A DNA stretch of 63,398 nucleotides, filler included, from Octopus bimaculoides (lineage: Eukaryota): assembly GCF_001194135.2 (NCBI RefSeq). It is 8 parts of 8 records of this genome, joined end to end, with 100 filler letters (N's around TTAATTAATTAA, not from the genome) between each part and the next. Parts side by side here need not be neighbours in the genome. Positions count along the whole stretch, not along the records: positions 49,774 to 60,817 come from NC_069009.1; positions 60,918 to 63,398 come from NC_068996.1; 6 more parts are not named here. One strand, 5' to 3'. Of the stretch, positions 51,906 to 63,398 are shown piece after piece; positions within the stretch are counted from its first letter, which is position 1, and every line of letters starts with the position of its first letter. A program made the translations under genes and the position numbers. The notes under the pieces are model-generated. The model saw only the letters and a list, made by a program, of their open reading frames with translations, ran no database searches and had not been told where the DNA came from.

Positions 51906-52075
51906 AACAGACGAAGACAGGTGGTGTAGAAAACAAACAGATGTATTAGTATAACGCTCCGGAAGTGAAAAAGTCTTTAACGTTTCGAGCCTATGCACTT
52001 CCACAGAAAGGAACACAGAAAGAAACAAGGAGAGAAAAAAAATGTATGTGGTGGTCAGCGATCTATCATGGCGAA
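51906..52075 (-). mobile_element. Penelope-type terminal repeat with minimal hammerhead-like motif (51975-52010)
   Basis: CUUU-CUGUGGA-A-GUGC-AUAG-GCUC-GAA-ACGU-U-AAAG. Shares GTGGTYAGCGATCWATCATGGCG with the Penelope relic at about 45720. Confidence 0.55.
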
Positions 52076-52090
52076 TATATATTCCCCATG

Positions 52091-52121
<31 letters not shown>

Positions 52122-53289
52122 GGGCTTTTTTCAGTTTCCATCTATCAAATCCACTCACAAAGTTTTGGTTGGCCTGAGGCTATAATAGAAGATACTTGCC
52201 CGTGGTGCCTTATTTTTAGTATGACATTGTAGCATAGGTATGAGAGGCCAGATATGGCCAGTTTGAATATAAAACAGGTAGAATATTTAGGTGCGATGTG
52301 GCCAGTAATCTTCTAGCACTAGATTATTCTGTCAAATGTAATGCTTTGAATTAATCATGGCTTATCTCATAGCTTTGAGATTTTGATGATATGATTGTTT
52401 ATTTCTAGAATGACATTGTAGGGTAGTTATGAGAGGCCAGATCTGGCCAGCTTGAACATGAAACATAAAAAATATTGGCAGGTTTAACCTTTTAGCATTT
52501 AAATTGTTTTATTAAATGAAAGGCTTATTCTCTATTTTTACTCTTTTACTCTTTTACTTGTTTCAGTCATTTGACTGCGGCCATGCTGGAGCACCACCTT
52601 TTAGTCGAGCAAATCGACCCCAGGACTTATTCTTTGGATGCCTAGTACTTATTCTATCAGTCTCTTTTGCTGAACCGCTAAGTGAAGGGGACATAAACAC
52701 ACCAGCATCGGTTGTCAAGCAATGCTAGGGGGACAAACACAGACACACATATATATACATATATACAATGGGCTTCTTTCAGTTTCCGTCTACCAAATCC
52801 ACACACAAGGCTTTGGTCGACCCGAGGCTATAGTAGAAGACACTTGCCCAAGATGCTATGCAGTGGGACTGAACCCGGAACCATGTGGTTGGTAAGCGAG
52901 CTACTTACCATACAGCCACTCCTGCGCCTATTCATTCATATTGTTTTGAAATTAACCAGGCATTATCTCTTAGCTTCGAAATTTCAATGATGTGACAGTC
53001 TATTTTTAGAATAACATTGCAGGATAGGTGCAAGAAGCCACATCTGGCTGGTTTGAATACAAAACAGATGAATATTTGAGCCTGATAAGGCTGGCTTAAA
53101 TGTTAAAGGGTGAATATAATTCACAGTAATATATACAGTATTTAATGTCAACTCAAGTCAGCAAAAACTTAGATGAAGACTAACACGATGTATTTCTGGC
53201 TGGCTCCTCTTTCATTACTGCATCTCTCTCTTCAACTGATATTTAATCTAAATAAGCGATTCAGCACTAACAAACCTCGCTAAACCGTT

Positions 53290-53790
53290 ATCATCCATTA
53301 ATAATAAAACAATAATGAATAATTCAAATTACGAGAACCGAAATCTCATTAAGACTCCAAAATGCAATTACCATTCACAAAACGTATATTCAGTCGATGG
53401 TAATTGTCTAGAAAAATCAGTTATCTATGCAGACACTGTCATAGCTAACATTAATCAGAATGACACAGATTACATCGGATTAATAGCAACTCAATTTAAG
53501 ATTAGATATTATCAGCATAATTATGCATTTTGAACAGTACAAAAACAATTTGATATTAGTCTAGCGACATACATCTAGATTTTGATAATAAAAAAGACTA
53601 GTTATTTACAATGCTAAATGGTAATTTTTAGATGAAAGCATTTCCTTCTTCACAATCTAACATTTGCTGATATGTAGGTGCTTTTGAGAAATTCTTAATT
53701 TTAGAACACAGTTCTAAATCATTCAATGAGTACATTGAATTAATTTCTTCATGTCTAAATAACGGAAATACCTTCCTAGGTGTCATAATT
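53290..53790 (+). mobile_element. Penelope-like GIY-YIG endonuclease fragment, degenerate
   Basis: KCNYHSQNVYSVDGNCLEKSVIYADTV...DYIGLIATQFKIRYYQHNYAF, the CNC..CPL.G.CL...VVY...YIG...FK.R..H pattern. Stops follow. Confidence 0.75.
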
Positions 53791-54869
53791 GTATTTCATG
53801 ATGCTTAAAGTTAAAAGAAATTGAACTTAAAAGAACTTGCCCATTTTTTTATACATGATATTTATATAGCTCATAATAATGTAACACACACACAGACACA
53901 CAGAGACGTGTGTGTGTGCGTGTGCGCGTGCACACACACACACACATATACATAAAGTTAAATTTTCTTATAAAGTATGTTTTTAAGTGTAATTCACAAT
54001 ATATAGACTGTATTAAGAAGTGCTCACTGCAAGCTAAATCGAAGGAGGAGGGAAATTATAGAAGGAACACATCCAGGCAATCAATACATCTTCCAAAGCA
54101 TAATTTAAAACACAATGAAATAAATATACATCATCATCATCATCATCGTTTAATGATGCTAGCATTGGTTGGACGATTTGACTGAGGACTGGTGAACTAG
54201 ATGGCTACACCAGACTCCAATCAGATCTGGCAGAGTTTCTACAGCTGGATGCCCTTCCTAACGCCAACCAGTCTGAGAGTGTAGTGGGTGCTTTTACATG
54301 CCACTGGTATGAGGGTCAGTCACGCGGTACTGGCAACGGCCACGCTCAAAATGGTACTTTTTTATGTGCCACCTGCACAGGAGCCAGTCCAGCGGCACTG
54401 GCAATGACCTCGCTCGAATGATTTTCTCACGTGCCAGTAAGGTGACGCTGGTAACAATCGCGCTCAAATGGTGATATTTACGTGCCACTAGCACGTATAT
54501 ATATATNNNNNNNNNNNNNNNNNNNNNNNNNNNNNNNNNNNNNNNNNNNNNNNNNNNNNNNNNNNNNNNNNNNNNNNNNNNNNNNNNNNNNNNNNNNNNN
54601 NNNNNNNNNNNNNNNNNNNNNNNNNNNNNNNNNNNNNNNNNNNNNNATATATATTATTTTGTTTAAAAGAGTTCCAACACTGTCTGTTTTTTATGTTTTA
54701 TTTATATTCCTGCAGAACTAATGTGGGGTATAGAATATGGAATATACAATATATAATATAAAATAAAATAAAATAAAAATGGATGGCACCATGAAATAAA
54801 GTATTGAATGTAGATGAAATATTGAGTGTTCAATATAAAGGATCAAATATATAAATATAAATATATAAA

Positions 54870-54909
54870 GGCGACTCGAGTTTCAGGGCTATTTCCCTTC
54901 GTCATGGCC
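54870..54909 (-). ncRNA. Minimal type I hammerhead ribozyme-like motif
   Basis: GGC-CAUGACGA-AGGG-AAAUAG-CCCU-GAA-ACUCGAGU-C-GCC: helix I 3 bp, helix II 4 bp, palindromic helix III, GUC site. The core has one deviation. Confidence 0.6.
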
Positions 54910-55572
54910 GGTATGACAGTAATATATATATATATATATGTATATATATGTGTATGTGTGTGCGTGTAGACCTCTGAGTCAAAGAGAAGGAATTAGAGGG
55001 GGCACTTGCTCTTGAGGTTTCAGAGAAATCTTGGATGGTGGGGTTCCTCAGTTATCCCTAGAGGCCTTCCCGTATCAGGAAGGTCACATCTCTATCATCC
55101 ATCCTGCCACTTTTTTCCCCTACCTTTGTATGCTATGCATATGGCCCTTCTTTTTCAGTGTATACTACGTATACTCAACTTCTTTCTTTCTTACCTTTTT
55201 TTTTTATCATTTCATTATATGTAAATCTCCACACTTTATGTCTGTCTTTGTATTGTCCCCCTCATCTGTTGCCCTTGTGGCAAATAAATGAAATCATTAT
55301 CATCATCGTTATTATTATAAAGGTGAGGAGCTGGCAGAATCGTTAGCGTGCCAGGTAAAATGCTTAGTGACATTTTGTCCGTCTTTATGTTCTGAGATCA
55401 AATACCACCGAGTTCGACTTTGCCTTTCATCCTTTCGAGGTCAATTAATTAAGTACCAGCTATGCATTGAGGTCAATGTAACTGACGAGCCCCTCCCACA
55501 AATTTTCAGGCTTTGTGCCTATAGTACAAAGGATTACTATTGTTAGTTATAATAATAATAATAATGATAATA

Positions 55573-55629
<57 letters not shown>

Positions 55630-56039
55630 CCCTGATGCAATGTTCCTTAGTAGCTGATGATATGTGCATCTCTGATCATGAGCAGAAGTAGTGGTGAAGC
55701 ATTATATGTTGAGAGGAATTCCTTGGGGTTTGGATAATTCACCTCTGGAAACATGGATGTTTCATTCAACATCCTTAAACAAACCTTATTCAGAAACCTT
55801 TTGAGTGAGGTGGGCTACTCAACCTGAAGAAAATTCTAACTGGGCCCCACCTGCGAGGTCATGCGCTGTTTATCTTGATATGAAATCATCATGCCGCGCA
55901 CATATGGTTGTGATGCATGTGCCTGGTGTACCCTTATCAGACGGGTAGTCATGATGGGTATATTAGGCTTCATATATTTTACCCCAGTGCCACTTTGATG
56001 GCATGTGCTGCTGTTTCTCTTAATAATAGTAATAATGTT

Positions 56040-56200
56040 AGCATCCTCTGAGATTTTCCAGCCAACTTTGACAGAATGATTCAGGCTAATTGACCAGACA
56101 TAATTATTAATGACAGGGAAGAAAATACTTGCAGACTAATAGAAGTGTTACCACAAAGGGTGCTGAACCTTTCAGGCAAGATGGCAAAGGACTGAGATGC
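56040..56200 (+). mobile_element. R4/Dong-like endonuclease remnant
   Basis: IQAN*PDIIINDREENTCRLIEV resembles the NRPDIV.....C.LIDV motif. Confidence 0.45.
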
Positions 56201-57169
56201 CTGGCACTTTGCTGCACTCAAGAAGACCTGTACTCCTGAACAGAAATGTTAAGACCAGTCCCTCTGGATGTGTAAAGCACCCATGGCGGTGCCACCTAAA
56301 AGTGCCCATGTGGTACTATGTAAAAAATGCCCATGGAGTACCACCTGTGGGGTGCCATATAAAAGCACTCATACTGTGCCATGTAAAAGCACCCAGTACA
56401 CTCTGTAATGTGGTTGGCGTTAGGAAGGGCATTCATCTGTAGAAGCCATGCCGAATCAGACTGGAGTCTGGTGCAGCTCCATGGCTTGCCAACGTTAAAT
56501 GATGATGATGATGATGATGATGATGATCATCATCATCATCATCATGACATACATGTGTTTGAGAGTGTACATATGTGCGTACAATTGTGTCCCCTTTCGT
56601 GATATTACATGATAACTGTAAGCAATCATCACTGATAAACAAGCAATCTCCTTCATTTCCAATCCTCCATGAAAAACATGTCTGGCCACGGGAAAATATT
56701 ACCTCACTTGGAAATAGTCGAATGTTGGTGGCAGGAAAGGCATCCAGCCATAGAACTATCTGCATCAATAAACTGTGAGCCATTGCAAGCAAGGAAAAAT
56801 GGACATTAAGAGGATGATGATGATGATGATGATGGTTGTGATGATGACAACGATAATGATAATGATGACGGTGATGGTGATGATGGTAATCATAATGATG
56901 GTGGTAATGATGGTGATGATGATGGTGAGGATGGTGGTGACAATGATGATGATGACAATGATGACATAATTCACGTACGTCACATTCTTTCCTCCTTCCC
57001 TTCATTCCTTCGTCCTACCTCGTTATTCTTCCTCGTTATTTCTGTCACAAAACATTGTCAGTCCATTTCGTCTTTCTAAAAATTCTTCAATTACCATTTT
57101 TTCTTTCGCATTTCTTTCTCTCCCCATTTTTTTTTTGTGTGTGTTTTTCTGACTCCTTGTCTTTGATTG

Positions 57170-57855
57170 AATACTTCCTCCTTTCATGATTTCATTCTTC
57201 TTCTTCTTCTTCCAATTCTTCTTCTTTCAATTCTTCAGTATTTTGATCTTTCTTATTCTTCCCCTTTTTTTCCTCCTCTCCCTTCTCATTTTTATTTTTC
57301 CATTTCTTCTTTTCCTTCTTGTTCTTATTTTCCTCCCTCTCTTCACTTCCTCCTCCTCATTCTGTTTCGGTTCCATTCCAATCTCTTATTCCTATTTCCC
57401 CAAAAATTTTTCCCTTCATTTTCCATACATTTAAAAAAAATATTTTTCTTCTTTCATTTTCTCTTTTTCTTTCTCTTAATTCTTCATCATCATCATCATC
57501 GTCATCATCACAATTTTCTTTTTCATTTTTATCTTCTTTCTCTTTTATCTTTCCTACTCATTCTTTCCCTTTTTTCTTCCTTTCTTCTTCTTCAAATTTT
57601 TCTTCTTCTTCCACTTATTCTTTTACTACTTTCTTTTTTTCTTTTCTTCTTTTTTCTCCTCCTCCTCTTCCTCCTTCTCTTCTCTTCCTCCTCTTCTCTT
57701 CCTCCTTCTCTTCTCTTCCTCCTCCTCTTCTTCCAATTCTTCTTTTCCTCCACCTCATCTTTCTTCTCTTTCTCTTCTTCCTCTCACCTTCCTCCTTCTC
57801 TCCCCCTCATCAGCTTTCTTCTTCCAATTCTCCTCCTCCTCCTCCTCCTCCTCAT
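57170..57855. repeat. Pyrimidine-rich low-complexity tract (CTT/CCT)
   Basis: Directly visible. It explains the long F/S/L/P-rich pseudo-ORFs. Confidence 0.9.
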
Positions 57856-58258
57856 AACTTAACATTTTTCTTCAACAGCAAACTCTGGAGCTCTCAGTGT
57901 CTTCACAGTAGTAGTAGCAGTGGCAGCAGTGGTAACAGTAGGAGGAGGGGTGGTGGTGGTGGTGGTGGTGGTGGTGGTAGTTGTCCTTATGGTTTATCTC
58001 CTTCAATTACACTCTTCATCCGTAACTATTACAATGACCACCACCACCACTGCCACCAGTACCATTTATCATCATCATCATCATCATCATTAAATCCATC
58101 ACCACCACCGCCACCGCCACTACCACAGCCATCATCATCATCAGTCTTGAAAGCCACTTGCCTCTCTTTTTCATTCACACACTCAAACACTCACACACAC
58201 ACACACACACACACTAGCATAAGCATACAGAATCATACACACATACACACTCGACCAT

Positions 58259-58289
<31 letters not shown>

Positions 58290-58317
58290 CATACATATTC
58301 TAAGATGCAGTACCATG

Positions 58318-59185
58318 TGTAAGGGGCATGGCTTAATGGTTGAGGTATTTGGCTCATGGTCACAAGGCAACGAGTTCGATTCCTGGCAGCACATTCTGTC
58401 CTTGAGCAAGACACTTTATTTCACATTGCTCTATTCAACTCACCTGGCAAAAATGAGTTGTACCTGAAATTCAAAGGGTCAGCCTTGTCACATTCTGTGC
58501 CATGCTGAATCTCCCTGAGAACTACATCTAGGGTACACGGGTCTGTGGAGTACTCAGCCACTTGCATGCTAATTTCACGAGCAGGCTGTTTCTTTGACCC
58601 TATCAACTGGAACCCTTTCTTGTGATGACCAAAAGAGAACCAGTTTTTAAGAAGGCACATGGCTTAATAGCTATACAATTCAGCTCATGATCTTGAGGTG
58701 AGGAGTTCAATTCCCAGCAATGTGTCCTTGAGCAAGAAACTTTACTTCACATTGCTCTAGTTCAGTCAGCTGCCAAAAATGAGTCATACCTGCAATTCAA
58801 AGGAGTCATACCTTCAATTCGAATTATGTGTCACTCTGAATCTCCCTGAGAACTATACTAAGGGCATGCATGTCTGTGGAGTACTCAGCCACTTGCATGT
58901 TAATTAGGCTCTTCTCCTAATCCAATTAACTGATGGAGTGCCAGTGTCCTTGAGGAAGAAATTTTAGTTCATCTTGTCCCAGTCCACTCAGCTTGCAAAA
59001 ATGTGCTGTACCAGTAATTCAAAAGGTTAGCCTTGTCACATTCTGTATCATGCTGAATCTCCTTGAGAATTATGTAAAGAGTACACATGTCTGTAGAGTA
59101 CTCAGCCACTTGCTTGTTAATTTCACAAGCGGACCGTTCTGTTGATTTGGTCAACTGGAACCCTCGTCACCATAACAAACAGAGT
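58318..59185 (+). mobile_element. Three head-to-tail copies of SINE family B
   Basis: Heads at about 58322 (TGGCTTAATGG...GAGTTCGATTCC) and 58658 (TGGCTTAATAG...GAGTTCAATTCC); a third, headless body starts at about 58945 (GTGTCCTTGAG). Each contains GGAGTACTCAGCCACTTGC or a near match. Confidence 0.75.
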
Positions 59186-59403
59186 ACCAATTGATATACC
59201 GTTATGCACACACTCACTCATATTCACACACACCATATGTATGGTGGGCTTCTTTCAGTTTCCATCAACCAAAATCCACTCTCAAGGCTTTGGTCAGCCT
59301 GAGGCTATAACAGAAGACACTTGACCAAGATGCCATGCAGTGGGACTGAACCCAGAACCATGTGGTTAGGAAGTAAGCTATTTACCACATAGTCACAGCT
59401 GTG

Positions 59404-59436
<33 letters not shown>

Positions 59437-60119
59437 NNNNNNNNNNNNNNNNNNNNNNNNNNNNNNNNNNNNNNNNNNNNNNNNNNNNNNNNNNNNNNNN
59501 NNNNNNNNNNNNNNNNNNNNNNNNNNNNNNNNNNNNNNNNNNNNNNNNNNNNNNNNNNNNNNNNNNNNNNNNNNNNNNNNNNNNNNNNNNNNNNNNNNNN
59601 NNNNNNNNNNNNNNNNNNNNNNNNNNNNNNNNNNNNNNNNNNNNNNNNNNNNNNNNNNNNNNNNNNNNNNNNNNNNNNNNNNNNNNNNNNNNNNNNNNNN
59701 NNNNNNNNNNNNNNNNNNNNNNNNNNNNNNNNNNNNNNNNNNNNNNNNNNNNNNNNNNNNNNNNNNNNNNNNNNNNNNNNNNNNNNNNNNNNNNNNNNNN
59801 NNNNNNNNNNNNNNNNNNNNNNNNNNNNNNNNNNNNNNNNNNNNNNNNNNNNNNNNNNNNNNNNNNNNNNNNNNNNNNNNNNNNNNNNNNNNNNNNNNNN
59901 NNNNNNNNNNNNNNNNNNNNNNNNNNNNNNNNNNNNNNNNNNNNNNNNNNNNNNNNNNNNNNNNNNNNNNNNNNNNNNNNNNNNNNNNNNNNNNNNNNNN
60001 NNCATCATAAACATCCCAACAACCACTGGCACCACCACCACCACTGCCATTTTCTGTCTCCTCATGACTGCCACCACCACCACCACCACTACTACTGCTG
60101 TTACTACTACTACTGCTGT

Positions 60120-60155
<36 letters not shown>

Positions 60156-60917
60156 CACCACTACCTCAACCAATAGCACTACCCACACTACTCTCACTAT
60201 CACCACCATCTCCTCCTCTCCACCACCACCACCACCATAATTACCATTCCGAAATTCCACACATCAAACATCTGGTACGTAGAGAACCCTAATTTATCAA
60301 ATCTACTAGTACTACCCCTACCCCAACCACGACCAACACAGCCACCACCTACACCGCCACCGTTACTGGCACTAGCCTCAACAGCACCGAAATCACTGTT
60401 AACACTATTTTTATTAAAGAATGATATATATATATATATATATGAGTACAGCAATGAATTCCGGGTAGAGGTAGGGGTCCNNNNNNNNNNNNNNNNNNNN
60501 NNNNNNNNNNNNNNNNNNNNNNNNNNNNNNNNNNNNNNNNNNNNNNNNNTCTGTAAATATAATATGTGACAATTATTCGGCAGCCATGATAAAACTCCCC
60601 TCATCTTTTCACCGTCTCCCTTTCTTTTATCCCGCCCTCTCTCTCTTCCTCTTGCTTTTCCTTTATTTCTCTCCCTCTCTATTTCTTTCAACTCCCTTTC
60701 TCTCTGTCTCTCTCTCTCCATCTCCCCCTCTGTGCCATCTCTCTCTCTCTCTCTTTCTCCCTACTCCTCTCTCTCTCTTTCTCCCTACTCCTCTCTCTCT
60801 CTTTCTCCCTACTCCTCNNNNNNNNNNNNNNNNNNNNNNNNNNNNNNNNNNNNNNNNNNNNTTAATTAATTAANNNNNNNNNNNNNNNNNNNNNNNNNNN
60901 NNNNNNNNNNNNNNNNN

Positions 60918-60969
<52 letters not shown>

Positions 60970-61129
60970 CATTATTATTATGTTTTTTCTTCCATCTTCA
61001 AATTTTCTTCCATTTCTCGCCGAGTGTTTTCCGTACACCTAAGGCGGAGAAGCTCATTGTATGCATTCCCAGTTTACACACGCAAATACATAGGTAAAAC
61101 GTATTTAAAAAAAAATCATGAATGAATGT

Positions 61130-61392
61130 TGTTTTCACAGCGATAATGCTCTTCTCAGTACATGAGTCGTTCCAGTTAGCACGATTTTTTGCACTTCCTG
61201 TAGGGATGGTAAGCCTGGTATCATTTTCAAATAGGTTTCAGTACCTTTTTTTATCATTCCTAGAGAGCCTACAATCACTGGTACGGTAGTCGCCTTCAGG
61301 TGCCACATTTTTTCAATTTCTATTAGCAAGTCTTTATATTTACTGATCTTGTCAAATTCTTTCGCCGCTATATTATGATCGCAAAGAATACT
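61130..61392 (-). mobile_element. R4/Dong-like LINE 3' end (endonuclease tail)
   Basis: ILCDHNIAAKEFDKISKYKDLLIEIEKMWHLKATTVPVIVGSLGMIKKG...LQEVQKIVLTGTTHVLRRALSL*. Confidence 0.85.
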
Positions 61393-61406
61393 CATTATCA
61401 TTATTA

Positions 61407-61518
<112 letters not shown>

Positions 61519-62647
61519 CATTATCAATTATTATTATTATTCCGAGGTCGACTTTGCTTTTCATCCTTTCGGGGTCAATGAAATACGTATCAGTTGAGTA
61601 CTGTGGTCGATGTATTCGATTAACCCCTCCACAAAAGTTAAGGCCTTGTGCCTATTGTGGAAAGGATTATTATTACTGCTGCTGTTGTTGTTGTTGTTGT
61701 TATCTGTTGAGTACGACGGACGTGTTTTCGAACGCTCTAAGTTCAGGAACTTGTTACTAGGTTTTCTGCGTTTGTTTGGCCCCCGCAAAGGACAAAATCC
61801 GGCGCTCCAGAAAATCGCTTGAAAGGTGTTTAAAAATATCAAATTCAACAAGATGGTGGTGTACACCTTAAAACATTTAAAAGAAAAAAAAAACATTTTC
61901 TCCCCACCTCAGTCCTCTTACAACCGAATACGTTCCTCCCCTTCTTTCTCTTACAAAAAATGCAGGAGAAGGGGAGGAGACAAAAGAGATGTAAACAGGC
62001 TAAAGTCTATACCGTCAAGTGTAGCTAGAGGATGACAGTAGTAAGAGTGATGGCGACAACAATAACAGAAGTAACAGCAGTGGTAGCACCGACAGCGGTA
62101 GTGGTGGTAGTGGAAGCGACAGCGGTAGTGGTGACATGGCAGAGGCAGCAGCATGAACTGTGAAGGTGACAAAGATTGTAGCAATAGCAGCGACAATGGT
62201 AAAAGTAGTGGCAGCATTGACAGCAACTCAAGCGGTGGCGGCAAGAACAACGATAGTGGTGTAAGTGCAGTAGTTGGAGGAGCGGTAGCAGTAGTTGGAG
62301 GAGCGGTAGAAGTAGTTATAATAGCAACAGTAGAAGTAGCTACAGCTCCACCAATAACAACAATAATAAGACTTCTTTCACCGGCGCTGCCCCTCAAAAA
62401 GAACAATTTGCCTTCTCTCAAGGTGACAAAGCATCGAAATTTAGAAAAATCGATGGGAGATGGGAAGAGCTGTCTCCACCACCTGAAACATTAGCAGCTT
62501 CAACCGAAAAATAGTGACGTACCGCTGGAGTAGCCATAAATTGAAACAGCTCGAAACGGGGTAACCAGGAACTGTTGGGTTCCTCGGTTGTTCCTGCCAG
62601 AAACTACACTTTGTGGGGGAGTTTTTTTTGTTTAATTGTATTGTTAA

Positions 62648-62738
<91 letters not shown>

Positions 62739-63398
62739 TTATATACTCGACATTGTTACAAAACCCCACTTGTCCCTTGTGGTGTATTCTCTCTATTTGT
62801 TTTATATTCGGCCCCGTAACGTTGCGCCACTGTATTTAGTGGCTATTTAAGCAATATGCCCGCGCATGATTAAGCGGTTAGATGGGTGCAGAAGAAGTGG
62901 CACAATCTCCCGAAAAATGGTCCATTACAATTTTTTTCATCTTCGATCTCATTGTTTGTTTACATCTGACGTCTCGGATTGGACATTTTGTAACAAAAAT
63001 CAGTGCTGTCTATGATTTCTATAGAATCTCTGTACAGAGATATAAACCGCACTGCTAACACAGGAGAATACGGATGTTTATAAAAAGGCACTTAATATAC
63101 TCTATAGTATGTTATGGTTGCATAATGAAATAACGCATCCCTGCAAGTCATAAATATGTATGTGTATACATAAATATGCATACACACCACACACACACAC
63201 ACACACACATACATATAGGCGCAGACGTGGCTGTGTGGTAAGAAGCTTGCTTACGAACCACATGGTTCCGGTTCAGCTCCTCTGCGTGGTACCTTAGGTA
63301 AGTATCTTCTACTATAGCATCGGGCCAACCAAAGCCTTGTGAGTGCATTTGGTAGACAGAATCTAAAAGAAGCCCGTCTTTTTTATATATATATATAT

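Overview
AT-rich, microsatellite-dense animal genomic DNA. The SINE, R4/Dong, RTE, Penelope and mariner families present point to a coleoid cephalopod, probably Octopus (inference). The window is at least 8 contigs joined by artificial 100-bp spacers (44 N + TTAATTAATTAA + 44 N), so adjacency across spacers is not biological evidence. Two host-gene signals are supportable: (i) an intact, intron-free ~486-495 aa ORF (3223-4710, minus) with NHL/beta-propeller-like blade motifs and no transposon domain; (ii) the last coding exon of a FASTKD1-like RAP-domain gene (43514-43597, minus). The rest is mostly transposon debris: a Gypsy integrase with an LTR-like unit, three Tc1/mariner relics (one full length with TIRs), R4/Dong, RTE, CR1/L2 and Penelope fragments, Helentron-like ends and many SINEs. 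The best hidden signals are three Penelope-type minimal hammerhead ribozyme motifs (one inside a 300-bp foldback), two pre-miRNA-sized hairpins, a PHD-type finger inside an RTE reverse transcriptase, and a contig-level CpG-decay contrast. No CRISPR, rRNA or intact tRNA was found. All homology calls are from motif recognition by eye, not database searches; many TE boundaries are approximate.
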